Shown here: positions 11,638-24,029 of the stretch, piece by piece
How positions within the stretch are numbered: position 1 is the stretch's first letter
How the letters are laid out: each line of letters starts with the position of its first letter
Source: Octopus sinensis
Taxonomy: Eukaryota
Assembly (NCBI RefSeq): GCF_006345805.1
Contig: NC_043024.1
Span: forward strand, 10,106,001 to 10,170,000
Length of the DNA: 64,000 nucleotides
Direction: 5' to 3'
The notes under the pieces: generated by a model
What the model saw: the letters and a program-made list of their open reading frames with translations, nothing else
Told to the model about the DNA's origin: nothing
Database searches by the model: none
Program-made: the position numbers and the translations under genes

Positions 11638-12503
11638 GATGGGCTTCTTTCAGTTTCCGTCTACCAAATCCACTCACAAGGCTTTGGTCGGCCCGAGGCT
11701 ATAGCAGATTTCCAAATAAGTTTTTTATATATTTCGAAATCAAAATTGGGCGCGCCCGTACGTTAAATAAACAGCCGGAAAGCAGTCTATTCACGTGCTA
11801 GAAATAGCAGCCAAATCTCACACAAACTCTATTTCGGACATTCATTTACTTGTTTCAGTCATTTGACTGTGGCCATGCTGGAGCACCGCCTTTAGTCGAG
11901 GAAATCGACCCCAGGACTTTATTCTTTGTAAGCCTAGTACTTATTCTATCGGTCTCTTTTGCCCAAGGAAACATTCCACTGGCTCGAGGAACCCCTGTAC
12001 AATAATTTAATAGTCTTATGCACACAAATCTGCACAGGAGAAATAAAAATTACTGCCGATTTTAGCAGTTTTGTAACTTCTTGCGGAACCCCTGGACTGT
12101 ACTGGCAGAACCCTAAGGTTTCGTGGAACCCTTGTCGAAAACCACTGGTGTAGAGGGTGCTTTTTACGTGCCACCGGCACAGGGGCCAGTCAGGCGGTAC
12201 TGGCAATGACCTCGCTCGAATCTTTTTACACGTACCACCGGCACAGGTGCCAGTGAAGCGACGTTGGTAACGATCACGCTCGAATGGTGCCCTTTTATGG
12301 AAGCCAGTTGGCTGCTCTGGCAACAATCACACTCGCAGGGTGCTCTTGGCACCCTACTAGCATGGGCACAAGTGCCAGTAAGGCAACGCTGGTAACGATC
12401 ATACTCGAATAGCCGCTCTGTCAACGATCACACTCGGATGGTGCTCTTTGCACCCCGCTAGCACAGATGCCAGTCATCGAATTTGATTTTGATTTAATAA
12501 TAA

Positions 12504-12986
12504 CTAGCAGTATCGCCCGGCGTTGCTCGGATTTGTAAGGGATATAACTATATAAGCATTTTTAGAGTTATAGCCAAAAAATAGCAAAAAAATGCATTAA
12601 AAATGGAAAAAAATGATGGTAAATTTTTTTTTAAATCGTTGACATTTTTAGAGAGTTACTTCCCTTATATAATAGCGAAAAAATGCATTAAAATGGAAAA
12701 AATGATGGTAAATTTTTTTTTAATCGTTGACTCATCGTAGACATTTTTAGAGAGTTACTTCCCTTATATAATAGCGAAAAAATGCATTAAAATGGAAAAA
12801 ATTGATGGTAAATTTTTTTTTAAATCGTAGACTCATCGTAGACGTGCGCTAATACCCAGAAGGGCTCGATATGAATCACGACTATAAGATACCCGGTTTT
12901 GGTTAAACTGCACCGCAAAATGTGGGAGTAGTTAGGAATCTAAATCGTAGGAGACAGACACACAACTTCAGTTTTATATATAAAGA
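12504..12986 (-). mobile_element. Non-autonomous Helitron
   Basis: On the minus strand: 5'-TC, subterminal hairpin ccgagcaacgccgg, 3'-CTAG, inserted between A and T. Confidence 0.85.
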
Positions 12987-12994
12987 TAACTTTA

Positions 12995-13115
12995 GGTCTC
13001 ACCAAGGAACTGACTAGAGACCGAGACCTTTGGAAGTATGCTGTGTGTGAGAAGACCTGGCAGGACAAGTGAGACCATAACCCGTGGCCTTTACCTGGGA
13101 TGTAGCCAGTCCATT
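12995..13115 (+). mobile_element. RTE-like LINE 3' fragment
   Basis: Reads ...ELTRDRDLWKYAVCEKTWQDK*, which resembles an RTE ORF C-terminus. Confidence 0.45.
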
Positions 13116-13559
13116 TATTCTTTTACTCTGTTACTTGTTTCAGTCATTTGACTGCGGCCATGCTGGAGCACCGCCTTTAGTCAAGCAAATCGATCCCGGG
13201 ACTTATTCTTTGTAAGCCCAGTACTTATTCTATCGGTCTCTTTTGCCGAACCGCAAAGTGACGGGGACATAAACACACCAGCATCGGTTGTCAAGCAATG
13301 CTAGGGGAACAAACACAGACACACAAACATATGACACACACATTATATATATATATATACATATATACGACGGGTTTCTTTCAGTTTCCGTCTACCAAAT
13401 CTACTCACAAGGCATTGGTTGGCCGGGGCTATATTGGAAGACACTTACCCAAGATGCCACGCAGTGGGACTGAACCCGGAACCAAGCTACGTACCACACA
13501 GGGACACTAAACCCTACTTGTGAAAACCTGTTAAGGCAAGTGAGAATCAAAATCGAAAT

Positions 13560-13978
13560 CGATCAACATCAATGGAAATTGTAGCTGTTATACCAGCACC
13601 GGTGGCACGTAAGAGAACCATCCAAACGTGGCCATTGCCAGCGCTGCCCCGACTCGCCTCTGTGCTGGTGGCACATAGAAAGAACCATCTGATTGTGGCT
13701 GTTTGCCGGCCTCGTCTGGCACCTGTGCCGGTGGCATGTAAAAAACACCATTTGATCGTGGCCGTTTGCCAGCCTCGTCTGACACCTGTGCCGGTGGCAT
13801 GTAAAAAGCACCCACTACACTCACGGAGTGGTTGGCATTAGGAAGGGCATCCAGCCATAGAAACATTGCCAGATCAGACAGGAGCCTGGAGCAGTCTTCT
13901 GGCTTCCCAGACCCCAGTCGAACCGTCCAACCCATGCTAGCATGGAAAGCGGACGTTAAACGATGATGATGATGAATG

Positions 13979-13980
<2 letters not shown>
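13560..13980 (+). mobile_element. SINE family C
   Basis: Same body and (GAT)n tail as 3141-3612. Confidence 0.75.
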
Positions 13981-14016
<36 letters not shown>

Positions 14017-14086
14017 ATTTATGATAATAATGATGATGATGATGATGATGATGATAATAATAATAATGATGATAATAATAATAATA

Positions 14087-14803
14087 AATGCCCTGATGCA
14101 TACAGGCAGTGGCTCTCATGGCTTCTGATCTTAACTGATTGGAAGTGTTATCATGTACATTGTTTTGTCTGGTCTAATAAAAGATGGCTACAGCAAATAT
14201 TCTGCTCAATACCACAGATTTGCTTGTCAGTTGTTTGACCTTAACCAGTTGAGCATGTCCCTTAGTGGCTCACGATATGTGCATCTCTGATCACGAGCAG
14301 AAGTAGTGTGGGAGCATCATAGCCATTGTTTGAGAGGGATTCTTTGGGCTTTGAATAATTCACCTCTGGAAACATGGGTGGTTTTTTCAACATCCTTAAA
14401 CAACCCTTATTCATGGACCGTTTGAGCGGGATGGGCTACTCAACCTGAAGAAAATTCTAACTGGGCCCCACCTGCAAGGTCATGTGCTGTTTATTTGATA
14501 TGAGATCACCATGTCGCGACAATAGGTTGTGATGCATGTGCCTGGTGTACCCTTATCAGACGGGTAGTCATGATGGGTATATTGGGCTTCGTATATTTTA
14601 TCCCAGTGTCACTTTGATGGCATGAACTGCTCTCTCACTCAATAATAATAATAATAATAATAATAATATGATAATAATAATAAATAATATTAATGATAAT
14701 GATAATAATAATAATGATAATAACAATAATGATGACGATGATAATAATAATTAATGATAATGATAATAATAATAATGATAATAATAATGATATAATAATA
14801 ATG

Positions 14804-14858
<55 letters not shown>

Positions 14859-16089
14859 TAATAATAATAATAATAGTTATCATGTACATTGTTTTGTCTT
14901 GGTATAAAAGATGGGCTACAGCAAATATTCTGCTCAATACCACAGATTTGCTTGTCAGTTGTTTGACCTTAACCAGTTGAGCATGTCCCTTAGTGGCTCA
15001 CGATATGTGCATCTCTGATCACGAGCAGAAGTAGTGTGGGAGCATCATAGCCATGTGTTGAGAGGGATTCTTTGGGCTTTGAATAATTCACCTCTGGAAA
15101 CATGGGTGGTTTTTTCAACATCCTTAAACAACCCTTATTCATGGACCGTTTGAGCGGGATGGGCTACTCAACCTGAAGAAAATTCTAACTGGGCCCCACC
15201 TGCAAGGTCATGTGCTGTTTATCTTGATATGAGATCACCATGTCGCGCACATATGGTTGTGATGCATGTGCCTGGTGTACCCTTATCAGACGGGTAGTCA
15301 TGATGGGTATATTGGGCTTCGTATATTTTTTCCCAGTGTCACTTGATGGCATGAACTGCTCTCTCACTCAATAATAATAATAATAATAATAATAATGATA
15401 ATAATAATAATAATAATATAATGATAATGATAATAATATAATGATAATAAAAATAATGATGACGATGATAATAATAATAATAATGATATGATAATAATAA
15501 TAATGATAATAATAATGATAATAATAAAATGATATAATAATAATAATAATGATAATAATAATAATAATAATAATATAATAATAATAATAATAATAATAAT
15601 AGTTATCATGTACATTGTTTTGTCTTGGTATAAAAGATGGGCTACAGCAAATATTCTGCTCAATACCACAGATGTGCTTGTCGTGTTTGACCTTAACCAG
15701 TTGAGCATGTCCCTTAGTGGCTCACGATATGTGCATCTCTGATCACGAGCAGAAGTAGTGGGGGAGCATATGCCATGTGTTGAGAGGGATTCTTTGGGGT
15801 TTGAATAGTTCACCTCTGGAAACATGGGGGTTCTTTCAACATCCTTAAACAACCCTTATTCCGGAACGTCATTGAGAGGATGGGTACTCAACCTGAAGAA
15901 AATTCTACTGGGCCCCACCTGCCAGGTCATGCGATACTGTTTATCTTGATATGAATCACCATGTCGCGCACATATTGTTATGATGCATGTGCCTGGGTAC
16001 CTTTATCAGACGGGTAGTCATGATGGGTATATTGGGCTTCGTATATTTTACCCCAGTGTCACTTTGATGGCATGAATGCTCTCTCACTC
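14087..16089 (-). mobile_element. Three tandem copies of a ~500-550-bp element embedded in (AAT)n microsatellites
   Basis: Copies at ~14087-14640, 14875-15369 and 15600-16089, each bounded by (AAT/GAT)n. Only the first keeps the terminal ~60 bp ...gcatcagggcattta. Confidence 0.8.
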
Positions 16090-16169
16090 AATAATAATAA
16101 TATAATAATGATAATGATATAATAATAATAATAATAATGATAATAATAATGATAATAATAATAATAATG

Positions 16170-16201
<32 letters not shown>

Positions 16202-16205
16202 AATA

Positions 16206-16236
<31 letters not shown>

Positions 16237-16259
16237 TGATAATAATAATAATAATAATG

Positions 16260-16298
<39 letters not shown>

Positions 16299-16358
16299 TA
16301 AATAACAACAACAGACAGCCTGGAAATTATTTTAAATTATATTTGTTAACATTTTCTA

Positions 16359-16763
16359 TTATGATTTTTGTATATCCTTTTCAAGAATTTCTTTTTTGCT
16401 TGGATTTTTAGCTTCCTTAGCAAAGTCGAGAAGTCTTCTCTGTCTTTCAGATTCCATTTGAGACATTTGGGATTTCAAAACAGTCAAAAGATGAGGGAAT
16501 TTCTCTTCCATTTTCTTTGGAATATGCATATGAAAGACCTGAAAATATTTTAGAATCTGCTGAGCATTATGAAGTTCCAGTTTGTATTCTCTTGCAATGT
16601 GGCTGGCGCTGTATAATTTTGGATCCGTCTGGTGCTGAGAAATGAGATTCAATGCTTGACTTATAGTAACACGACCCGGTGGTACATTAGCCGGTTCCAC
16701 GACTCCGTATTCTGGTTCTGGCAGCGATGTAGAACGATCTGGTAATTTGGGGTTTTTGAATGG
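16359..16763 (-). CDS. NDUFAF4: NDUFAF4 (complex I assembly factor 4), exon 3 (last)
   Basis: PPGRVTISQALNLISQHQTDPKLYSASHIAREYKLELHNAQQILKYFQVF matches the recalled NDUFAF4 motif PKGKISIVEALTLL...AEKIMQEYQL...LLKYFVTF. Acceptor ttttgttccag, phase 0, stop TAA. Confidence 0.92.
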   Translation of the reverse strand, partial: PFKNPKLPDRSTSLPEPEYGVVEPANVPPGRVTISQALNLISQHQTDPKLYSASHIAREYKLELHNAQQILKYFQVFHMHIPKKMEEKFPHLLTVLKSQMSQMESERQRRLLDFAKEAKNPSKKEILEKDIQKS

Positions 16764-16796
16764 CTGGAACAAAAGTAAAAAAAATATATATATATA

Positions 16797-17191
16797 TCTT
16801 TATATATAAAAGTGAAGTTGTGTGTCTGTCTCCTACGATTTAGATTCCTAACTACTCCCACATTTTGCGGTGCAGTGTAACCAAAAGCGGGTATCTTATA
16901 GTCGTGATTCATATCGAGCCCTTCTGGGTATTAGCGCGCGTCTACGATGAGTCTACGATTTAAAAAAAAAATTTACCATCATTTTTTCCCATTTTTAATG
17001 CATTTTTTGCTATTATATAAGGAATGTAACTCTCTAAAAATGTATTATTAAATCTCAGAACGTAAAAAGCTACAGTAACACCCCCCTTTGTGGTTAGCCA
17101 TATTGAGATGGCTATTATACTTTACATCTCTAAAAATGCTTATATAGTTATTTCCCTTACAAACCCGAGCAACGCCGGGCGATACTGCTAG
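16797..17191 (+). mobile_element. Non-autonomous Helitron (NDUFAF4 intron 2)
   Basis: A|TC start; cccgagcaacgccgggcgatactgCTAG|T end. Confidence 0.88.
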
Positions 17192-17297
17192 TCTATATAT
17201 ATAAGACTCAACTTGTGTGTCTGTGTGTGTATCTGTGTGTTTAACTTTTGGATCTACCAAGTTTCATTATTAATGATGGAAAGTAGTGTGTAGCAAA

Positions 17298-17686
17298 TCT
17301 ATATATATAAAGCTGAAGTTGTCTGTGTGTGGCAGGTTTGGTAGCCTTCAACTAACACTATCTCCTTTGAGACCCTGCAGCGCAAGTTGACCAAAATTGA
17401 TAGTATGATAGAAGAAGGCTTGCTCTTCATTCTGTAGGAGATAAAATTCAAATCGGACCATGTTAACACCAAAAATTATTTACATCAAAAAGGTGCTTTT
17501 TTTCTGTGAAAATCCCTATTTTTTACGATTTTTGACTGCTGTGTCGCCATTTTTCAGTGTATTTCAACCAGAAAAATGTTCACTTGAAGAGAATAACAAG
17601 TTGCATAATGCAAAATTTTTACTTTTCAAAAATTCCAATTCTAAAGGGTCGAAACAAACCCAAGCAACACTGGGTGATACTGCTAG
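17298..17686 (+). mobile_element. Non-autonomous Helitron, second body type
   Basis: TC start and hairpin-CTAG end. The body matches 23274-23667 (minus). Confidence 0.82.
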
Positions 17687-17739
17687 TATAGAAATAAACC
17701 TATGTTGTCGAAAATGCCTATTGTTATACTAATGATAGA

Positions 17740-18143
17740 GGATCTTTTCGGTTTGAACGGCAGTTTTTAACATAATTTCTGGGTAACTAAAAAATTTTAA
17801 ACTTCGTATACTGGTAGAATGTGTTCATAAAACATCCCTTTCTCTTGGCTTTATTGAGAAAATTCTATAATTTGTAAGATATTTGGTCTTTAATTTCTTG
17901 CATTTCGGCAATTTCAACCAATCAATGATGTCTATTGAGGTAAACAACATTCTGTGCCGTATGAATATGTCCCTCGTTTAAGAAACAGATTGGGTTTATT
18001 TACATTTGTGAAGAAAAAAAGATACTCTAACCCTAACCCTAAAACAGATTGAAATGCAATAGATCGATACTAGGGTCATAATTATGGGTGACAATTTCAT
18101 ATGACATCACTAGAAAAAACTGCCGTTCAAACGGAAAAGATCC
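17740..18143. mobile_element. GGATC-TIR MITE with 8-bp TSD and internal (CCCTAA)n
   Basis: TIR ggatcttttcggtttgaacggcagttttt. Perfect TSD ATGATAGA at 17732-17739 and 18144-18151. Confidence 0.9.
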
Positions 18144-18489
18144 ATGATAGAAAATGCTACCATGGAGAACGGACGTTAAACGATGATGATGATGACAGGA
18201 AGGATACACTGCACAATGAAGTATGTGATTCCTTGATACACAAAACTACAGGATGGTCATGGATGGGACAGCTTTGATTTTAGGTCTACTGAATCAAGGC
18301 TGACCTGGGGTGAAACAACCACAGCAACTTCTGACAGCATAAGTTCTTTTGAGGTCAACGCTTCATGGACACCTTCTGCAGCCCTCATCATTGTCAAGCG
18401 TCATGAAGACCCCCTTAACTGATGCGGCCAGTCATTGGGGTGTCACACTGGGTGCTTTCATAGCCAGCCATCCCCACTGGTTAAGTTAA

Positions 18490-19075
18490 ATTAATTTTTT
18501 GGCTCAAAAAGCAAAAAGCAAGGCCATGTAGAGGGACATGGTGTTATGTACAGGGTGGTGTTCATGCAAAGAGTTCAGGCCATTTCTGGTCAAGGGAGAC
18601 TTTGAACCGAGCGGTCGTCGGCATCTTCACTATCTCGTCCGGCAGCTTATTCCACGGATCCACAACCCGGATGGAGAAAGCCCCTCTCCTTCGATTGAGA
18701 TGAAATCGTTGCAGATAGAGCTTTTTGAAGTGACCCCACAGCCGACGCTCTGGAGCAGGAGTGAAGAACAGCTCTTTCGAGAGGTTACACTTTCCGCTTA
18801 TGATGTTGTGAGCAAGAATGAGATCACCATGGCGTCGTCGTTTTTCTAGAGAATAAAGGTCGAGCGTCTTCAGCCTTTCTTCATAAGACAAATGCTTGAG
18901 ACCAAGAACCATGTGGGTAGCCAGCTTCTGGACTCTTTCGAGATGATGTATGTCTTTGAGGAGATAAGGACAAGAGGCTTGAATCCTGTACTCCAATATG
19001 GGTCTCACCAGCGTGACATAGAGCGGTAGGAATATGGCTGCCGTGAGCATTCCGAATGACCATCGAATCAAGAAC
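18490..19075 (-). mobile_element. CR1/L2-type LINE 3' fragment (ORF2 C-terminus)
   Basis: LYVTLVRPILEY...LERVQKLAT...LSYEERLKTLDLYSLEKRR...F..RVVDPWNKLP are typical CR1 post-RT motifs. Confidence 0.88.
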
Positions 19076-19340
19076 AGAACTCCGCATGCTTTGTTGGCAG
19101 CATGGACGCACTGGGCCGAAGGTCTCTGTTATGCATAGCAGATTTGCTGTGTTGGGACCTGTTCAATCTTTGGTGGTGCCAGACTAGGTTTTCTTTTGTC
19201 TGTCTGCCTCTCTTTTGGCTTCCCTCATGTGGGCCCCGAAGAATGGTTTGGGACAGGGAGCTGTAGCGAAATACATGGAGGGGTGATGGGAACCACCAAG
19301 CATTTCTAAGGATTACAGAAATGCCGTAACGGAAACACAA
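19076..19340 (-). mobile_element. Degenerate RTE-like LINE fragment
   Basis: QTILRGPHEGSQKRGRQ resembles the RTE C-terminal motif ILxGxxxGxRxRGR. Confidence 0.5.
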
Positions 19341-19412
19341 ACAAGACTGAACCCCTCACATGACACACACAAAAAGAAAGTAACTCTGCACCCTTTTCTT
19401 AAGGGTTCTTAC

Positions 19413-19501
19413 CTTGTTAGCTGGTCCAACAGATTCCACCCGAACAACTTTAAGTCTTTCATGAAGGAGCTCGTCTTTTGAGTTAGTAACAGGGTCAGAT
19501 T
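19413..19501 (-). CDS. NDUFAF4: NDUFAF4 exon 2 (89 bp)
   Basis: (E)SDPVTNSKDELLHERLKVVRVESVGPANK resembles KDEKLLSFLKDVYVDS. Flanked by ttctcag and gtaag; phases 1 to 0 fit both neighbours. Confidence 0.9.
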
Positions 19502-19544
19502 CTGAGAATATAAACAAACATAGATACCACAAATTAAAGGTTGA

Positions 19545-20310
19545 AATATTATATATGAGAGACATGAACATCAAAATAAATATCAATGGAAATAGTCGTT
19601 GTGATACCTGCGCCGGTGGCACATAAAAAGCACCATCCGAACGTGGCCGATGCCAGTGCCGCCTTGACTGGCTTCCGTGCCGGTGGCACATAAAGAGCAC
19701 CATCCGAACCCCGCTGTGCTTGAGGAGACCTATTGAGTCAAGTACATGAACATCGAAATAAATATCAATGGAAATAGTAGTTGTGATACCTGTGCCGGTG
19801 GGACATAAAAAGCACCATCCGAATGTGGCCGATGCCAGCGCCGCCTTGACTGGCTTCTGTGCCGGTGGCACGTAAAAAGCACCATCTGAACGTGGCCGAT
19901 GCCAGCGCCACCTTGACTGGCTTCCGTGACGGTGGCACGTAAAAAGTACCATCCGAACGTGGCCGATGCCAGTGCCGCATAAACTGGCTTCAGTGCCGGT
20001 GGCACGTAAAAAGCACCATCTGAACTTGACCGATGCCAGCACCGCCTTGACTGGCTTCCGTGCCGGTGGCACATAAAAAGCACCAACCGATCGTGGCCGA
20101 TGCCAGACTCCCCTGGCACCTGTGCCGGTAGCACATAAAAAGCACCGACTACACTCACGGAGTTGTTGGCATTAGGAAGGGCATCCAGCTGTAGAAACAC
20201 TGCCAGATCAGACTGGAGCCTGGTGCAACCTTCTGGCTTCCCAGACCCCGGTCGAACCGTCCAACCCATGCTAGCGCGGAAAATGGACGTTAATCGATGA
20301 TGATGACAGA
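19545..20310 (+). mobile_element. SINE family C with ~7 tandem 5' units (NDUFAF4 intron 1)
   Basis: Repeated tgccggtggcacgtaaaaagcaccatc units followed by the family C body. Confidence 0.75.
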
Positions 20311-21224
20311 GTGGGAGAGATAGAGAGAGTATTTCTTTATTCACCATAAGTTTGAGAAAAAGAGGGGACAATACGGGGACAGACAAAACAAACGTTGGGG
20401 TCAGGGTATCGAATGAGACGAAACGTATGAATAAACAAACAATTAAAATATATACAACTAGAAGTATCGCCCGGCGTTGCTCGGGTTTGTAAGGGAAATA
20501 ACTATATAAGCATTTTTAGAGAGTTATAGCCAAAAAATAGCCAAAAAATAGCAAAAATATGCATTAAAAATAGAAAAACAAATTATGGTAAATGTTTTTT
20601 TAAATCGTTGACTCATCGTAGACATTTTTAGAGAATTACTTCCCTTATATAATAGCGAAAAAAATGCATTAAAATGGAAAAACATGATGGTAAATTTTTT
20701 TTAAATCGTTGACTCGGTTATGAGTAATGTGTGAAAGAGAGAGATAACTGATTTTTTACTCGGTGTATGTGTATATGTATGTATGCATGTATGTGTGTAT
20801 GTATGTATCTATGTGTGTGTGTATGGCCGATTCATCGTAATTACGATGAATCGGCCATACATACATACACACACACATACTTACACACACACACACACAT
20901 ACATGCATACATACATATACACATACACCGAGTAAAAAATCAGTTATCTCTCTCTTTCACACATTACTCTCTGTCTCTTCGCACACACACTAACAGAAGC
21001 ACTTCACTTACACAACATACTGTCTGTCTCCCACACCCCATCAAACACACACACGCGCACTTCAAAGAGAAACTTCCTCGTCATAAAATCGCTTCCTCTT
21101 AGTCTCTTTCGCTCTCATTACTTATGTAAAAAATAAAAGTTTTTTACGGAAATCGACGGAAACTTGTGCTACGACAAGCGAAACGTTGCCCACCCCCTGG
21201 CTTTCCCCCCTATATACACGGCTT

Positions 21225-21255
<31 letters not shown>

Positions 21256-21373
21256 CTGTGTGTGTGTGTATAAGTTTGTGTGTCTGTGTTTGTCCCCTAA
21301 CTTACTTTGTGGTATATATATATGGCATTGTGCTACGACAACCGAAACGTTGCCAGGGGGTGTATATATTTAC

Positions 21374-21524
21374 CTCGTTCCTCTTGTCCTTGGGTGACTT
21401 CAGGTTGTTTGTACCTAGGAGCAGACACGGACTTAATCTTCTGCCTCTCAAGTTCCCGATGGGCCCGGGCTTCAATATTGAAATTCTTCAGCGGCCTCAA
21501 CACTGCTGACCCGAAGTTACCCAT
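21374..21524 (-). CDS. NDUFAF4: NDUFAF4 exon 1 (151 bp)
   Basis: MGNFGSAVLRPLKNFNIEARAHRELERQKIKSVSAPRY resembles MG...RNFNLENRAEREI...APRH. Donor G|gtaaat. Total CDS 645 bp = 214 aa plus stop. Confidence 0.92.
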
Positions 21525-21939
21525 AATCAGTCCGATCAGATCAGATCAGATCAGAGATCAAAGCCCCCAGGAGATTCGCTGCAAGGAGTTCATTCGGGTG
21601 TTATGATGTAACTGACATTGACACGGGGGAGGTCAACAACGGTGTAACATCAACATATGTCCACCACACACCATCAATGATATAAGGGAGATAACTCTCG
21701 CTCTTTCTTCGGCTCTCTACTTCGCTTTCATTTCTCTTTCTCTTTCCCTCTCTCACTTTACACTTTTTCTCGCTTCTCTCTCTTACTCTTTCTCTCTCTC
21801 TTCCCCTCTCTCTCTTCCCCTCTCTCTCTTACTCTGTCTCTCTCTCTTCCCCCCTCTCTCTCTCTCTCTCTTTCCCTCTCGGCAACCTAATTGAATACTT
21901 TACAGTTTTTCTTATATAACAATTTTGTTACGTTTTTTC

Positions 21940-22192
21940 GGATCTTTTCGGTTTACTCTCTCTCTTTTACTCTTTTACTTGTTTCAGTCATTTGACTGCG
22001 GCCATGCTGGAGCACCGACTTTTAGTCGAGCAAATCAACCCCGGGACTTATTCTTTGTAAGCCCAGTACTTATTCTATCGGTCTCTTTCACCGAACCGCT
22101 AAGTGACGGGGACGTAAACACACCAGCATCGGTTGTCAAGTAATGCTAGAGGGACAAACATAGACACACAAACACACACACGCATATATATA

Positions 22193-22231
<39 letters not shown>

Positions 22232-22812
22232 TACGACAGGCTTCTTTCAGTTTCCGTCTACCAAATCCACTCACAAGACATTGGTCGGCCTGAGGCTATA
22301 GTAGAAGACATTTGCCCAAGGTGCCACGCAGTGGGACTGAACCCGGAACCATGTGGTTGGTAAACAAGCTACTTACCACACAGCCAGTCCTGCCGGTTTG
22401 AACGGCAGTTTTTAACATAATTTCTAGGTAACTAAAACATTTCAAACTTCGTATACTGGTAGAATGTGTTTATAAAACATCTTTTTCTCTTGGCTATATT
22501 GAGAAAATTCTATGGTTTGTAAGATATTTGTTGTTGTTTTTTCTTCAATTTCTGCAATTTCAACCAATCAATGACGTCTATTGAGGTAAAAAAAAACATT
22601 CTGTGCCGTATGAATATGTCCCTCGTTTAAGAAACAGATTGGGTTTATTTACCTTTGTGAAGAAAAAAAGATACCCTTCCCCCCACCCCTAACCCTAACC
22701 CTAACCCTAAAAGAGATTGAAATGCAATAGATCGATACTAGGGTCATAATTATGGGTGACAATTTCACATGACACCGCTTGAAAAAAACTGCCGTTCAAA
22801 CCGAAAAGATCC
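21940..22812. mobile_element. GGATC MITE whose left TIR is split by a SINE-A insertion
   Basis: ggatcttttcggttt|SINE-A(-)|cggtttgaacggcag, with cggttt duplicated. Right TIR ends gaaaagatcc. Confidence 0.8.
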
Positions 22813-23020
22813 TTTTTATTCAAAATATGAACAAGGATACATTATAGAAAAGGAAAAAAAGCAAAAAAGAAAGAAGAAAGGGGGAGAAGGAAGAAAGAGA
22901 AAATCACTAATTCATCACCAAGTGTTTGGCAAAGTTCTTGTGATCGTTGGAATGTGATACCCGTGAGAACGCTTGGCTTTTCCAACGCCTTAGCATCACA
23001 ACGCCTTAGCATCACACTTA

Positions 23021-23245
23021 GCGTGGCTTAGTGGTTAGGGTGTCAGCACCATGATCGTAAGATTGTGGTTTCGATTCCTGGACCAGGCGACGCGTTGTGT
23101 TCTTGAGCAAAACACTTCATTTCACGTTGCTCCTGTCCACTCAGGTGGCAAAAATGAGTAACGCTGCGATGGACTGGCGTCCCGTCCAGCTGGGGAACAC
23201 ATACGCCATAGAAACCGGGAAAAGAGGCCCATGAGCCTGGCTAGG
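23021..23245 (+). mobile_element. tRNA-derived SINE (further family)
   Basis: A-box tggcttagtggt and B-box ggtttcgattcc, followed by a non-tRNA body. Confidence 0.65.
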
Positions 23246-23273
23246 ATTTAAAAGGGCGCATTTTATTTTTTTA

Positions 23274-23667
23274 CTAGCAGTATCGCCTGGCGTTGCTCGG
23301 GTTTGTTTCGACCCTTTAGAATTGGAATTTTTGAAAAGAAAAAAATTTGCATTATGTAGCTTGTTATTCTCTTTAAGTGAACATTTTTCTGGTTGAAATA
23401 CACCGAAAAATGGTGACACAGCAGTCAAAAAGTCGTAAAAAATAGGGATTTTCATAGAAAAAAAGCACCTCTTTGATGTAAATAATTTTTGGTGTTAACA
23501 TGGTCCAATTTGAATTTTTTCTTCTACGGAAGGAAGAGCAAGCCTTCTGCTATCATACTCTCAATTTTGGTCAACTTATGCCGCAGGGTCTCGGAGGAGA
23601 TAGTGTTAGTTGAAGGCTACCAAACCTGCCATACACAGACAACTTCAGCTTTATATATAGAGAGAGA
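23274..23667 (-). mobile_element. Non-autonomous Helitron
   Basis: Reverse copy of 17298-17686 with TC and CTAG ends. Confidence 0.82.
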
Positions 23668-24029
23668 TTTAGCATCGCCATCGCCTGTGGTAAAGCCGCG
23701 AATGTGTTGACTTGCTTCAGTGTGACCAATTTGGTGTTGGGATCTTTTCGGTTTGAACGGCAGTTTTTTCTAGCAGTGTCATATGAAATTGTCACCCATA
23801 ATTATGACCCTAGAATCAATCTATTACATTTCAATCTGTGTCAGGGTTAGGGTTGGGTGGAAGGGTATCTTTTTTTCTTCACAAATGTAAATAAACCCTA
23901 TCTGTTTCTTAAACGAGGGACATATTCATATGGCACAGAATGTTTTATTTTTACCTCAATGGACGTCATTGATTGGTTGAAATTGCAGAAATTGAAGAAA
24001 AAAATTAATTCACCATTGTCTCATTGGAC

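Noticed and set aside
19502-20386. 238-aa and 218-aa ORFs with repeated HRPRSDGAFYVPPA motifs
   Set aside because: Translations of tandem SINE-C units. Only 19413-19501 is a real exon.
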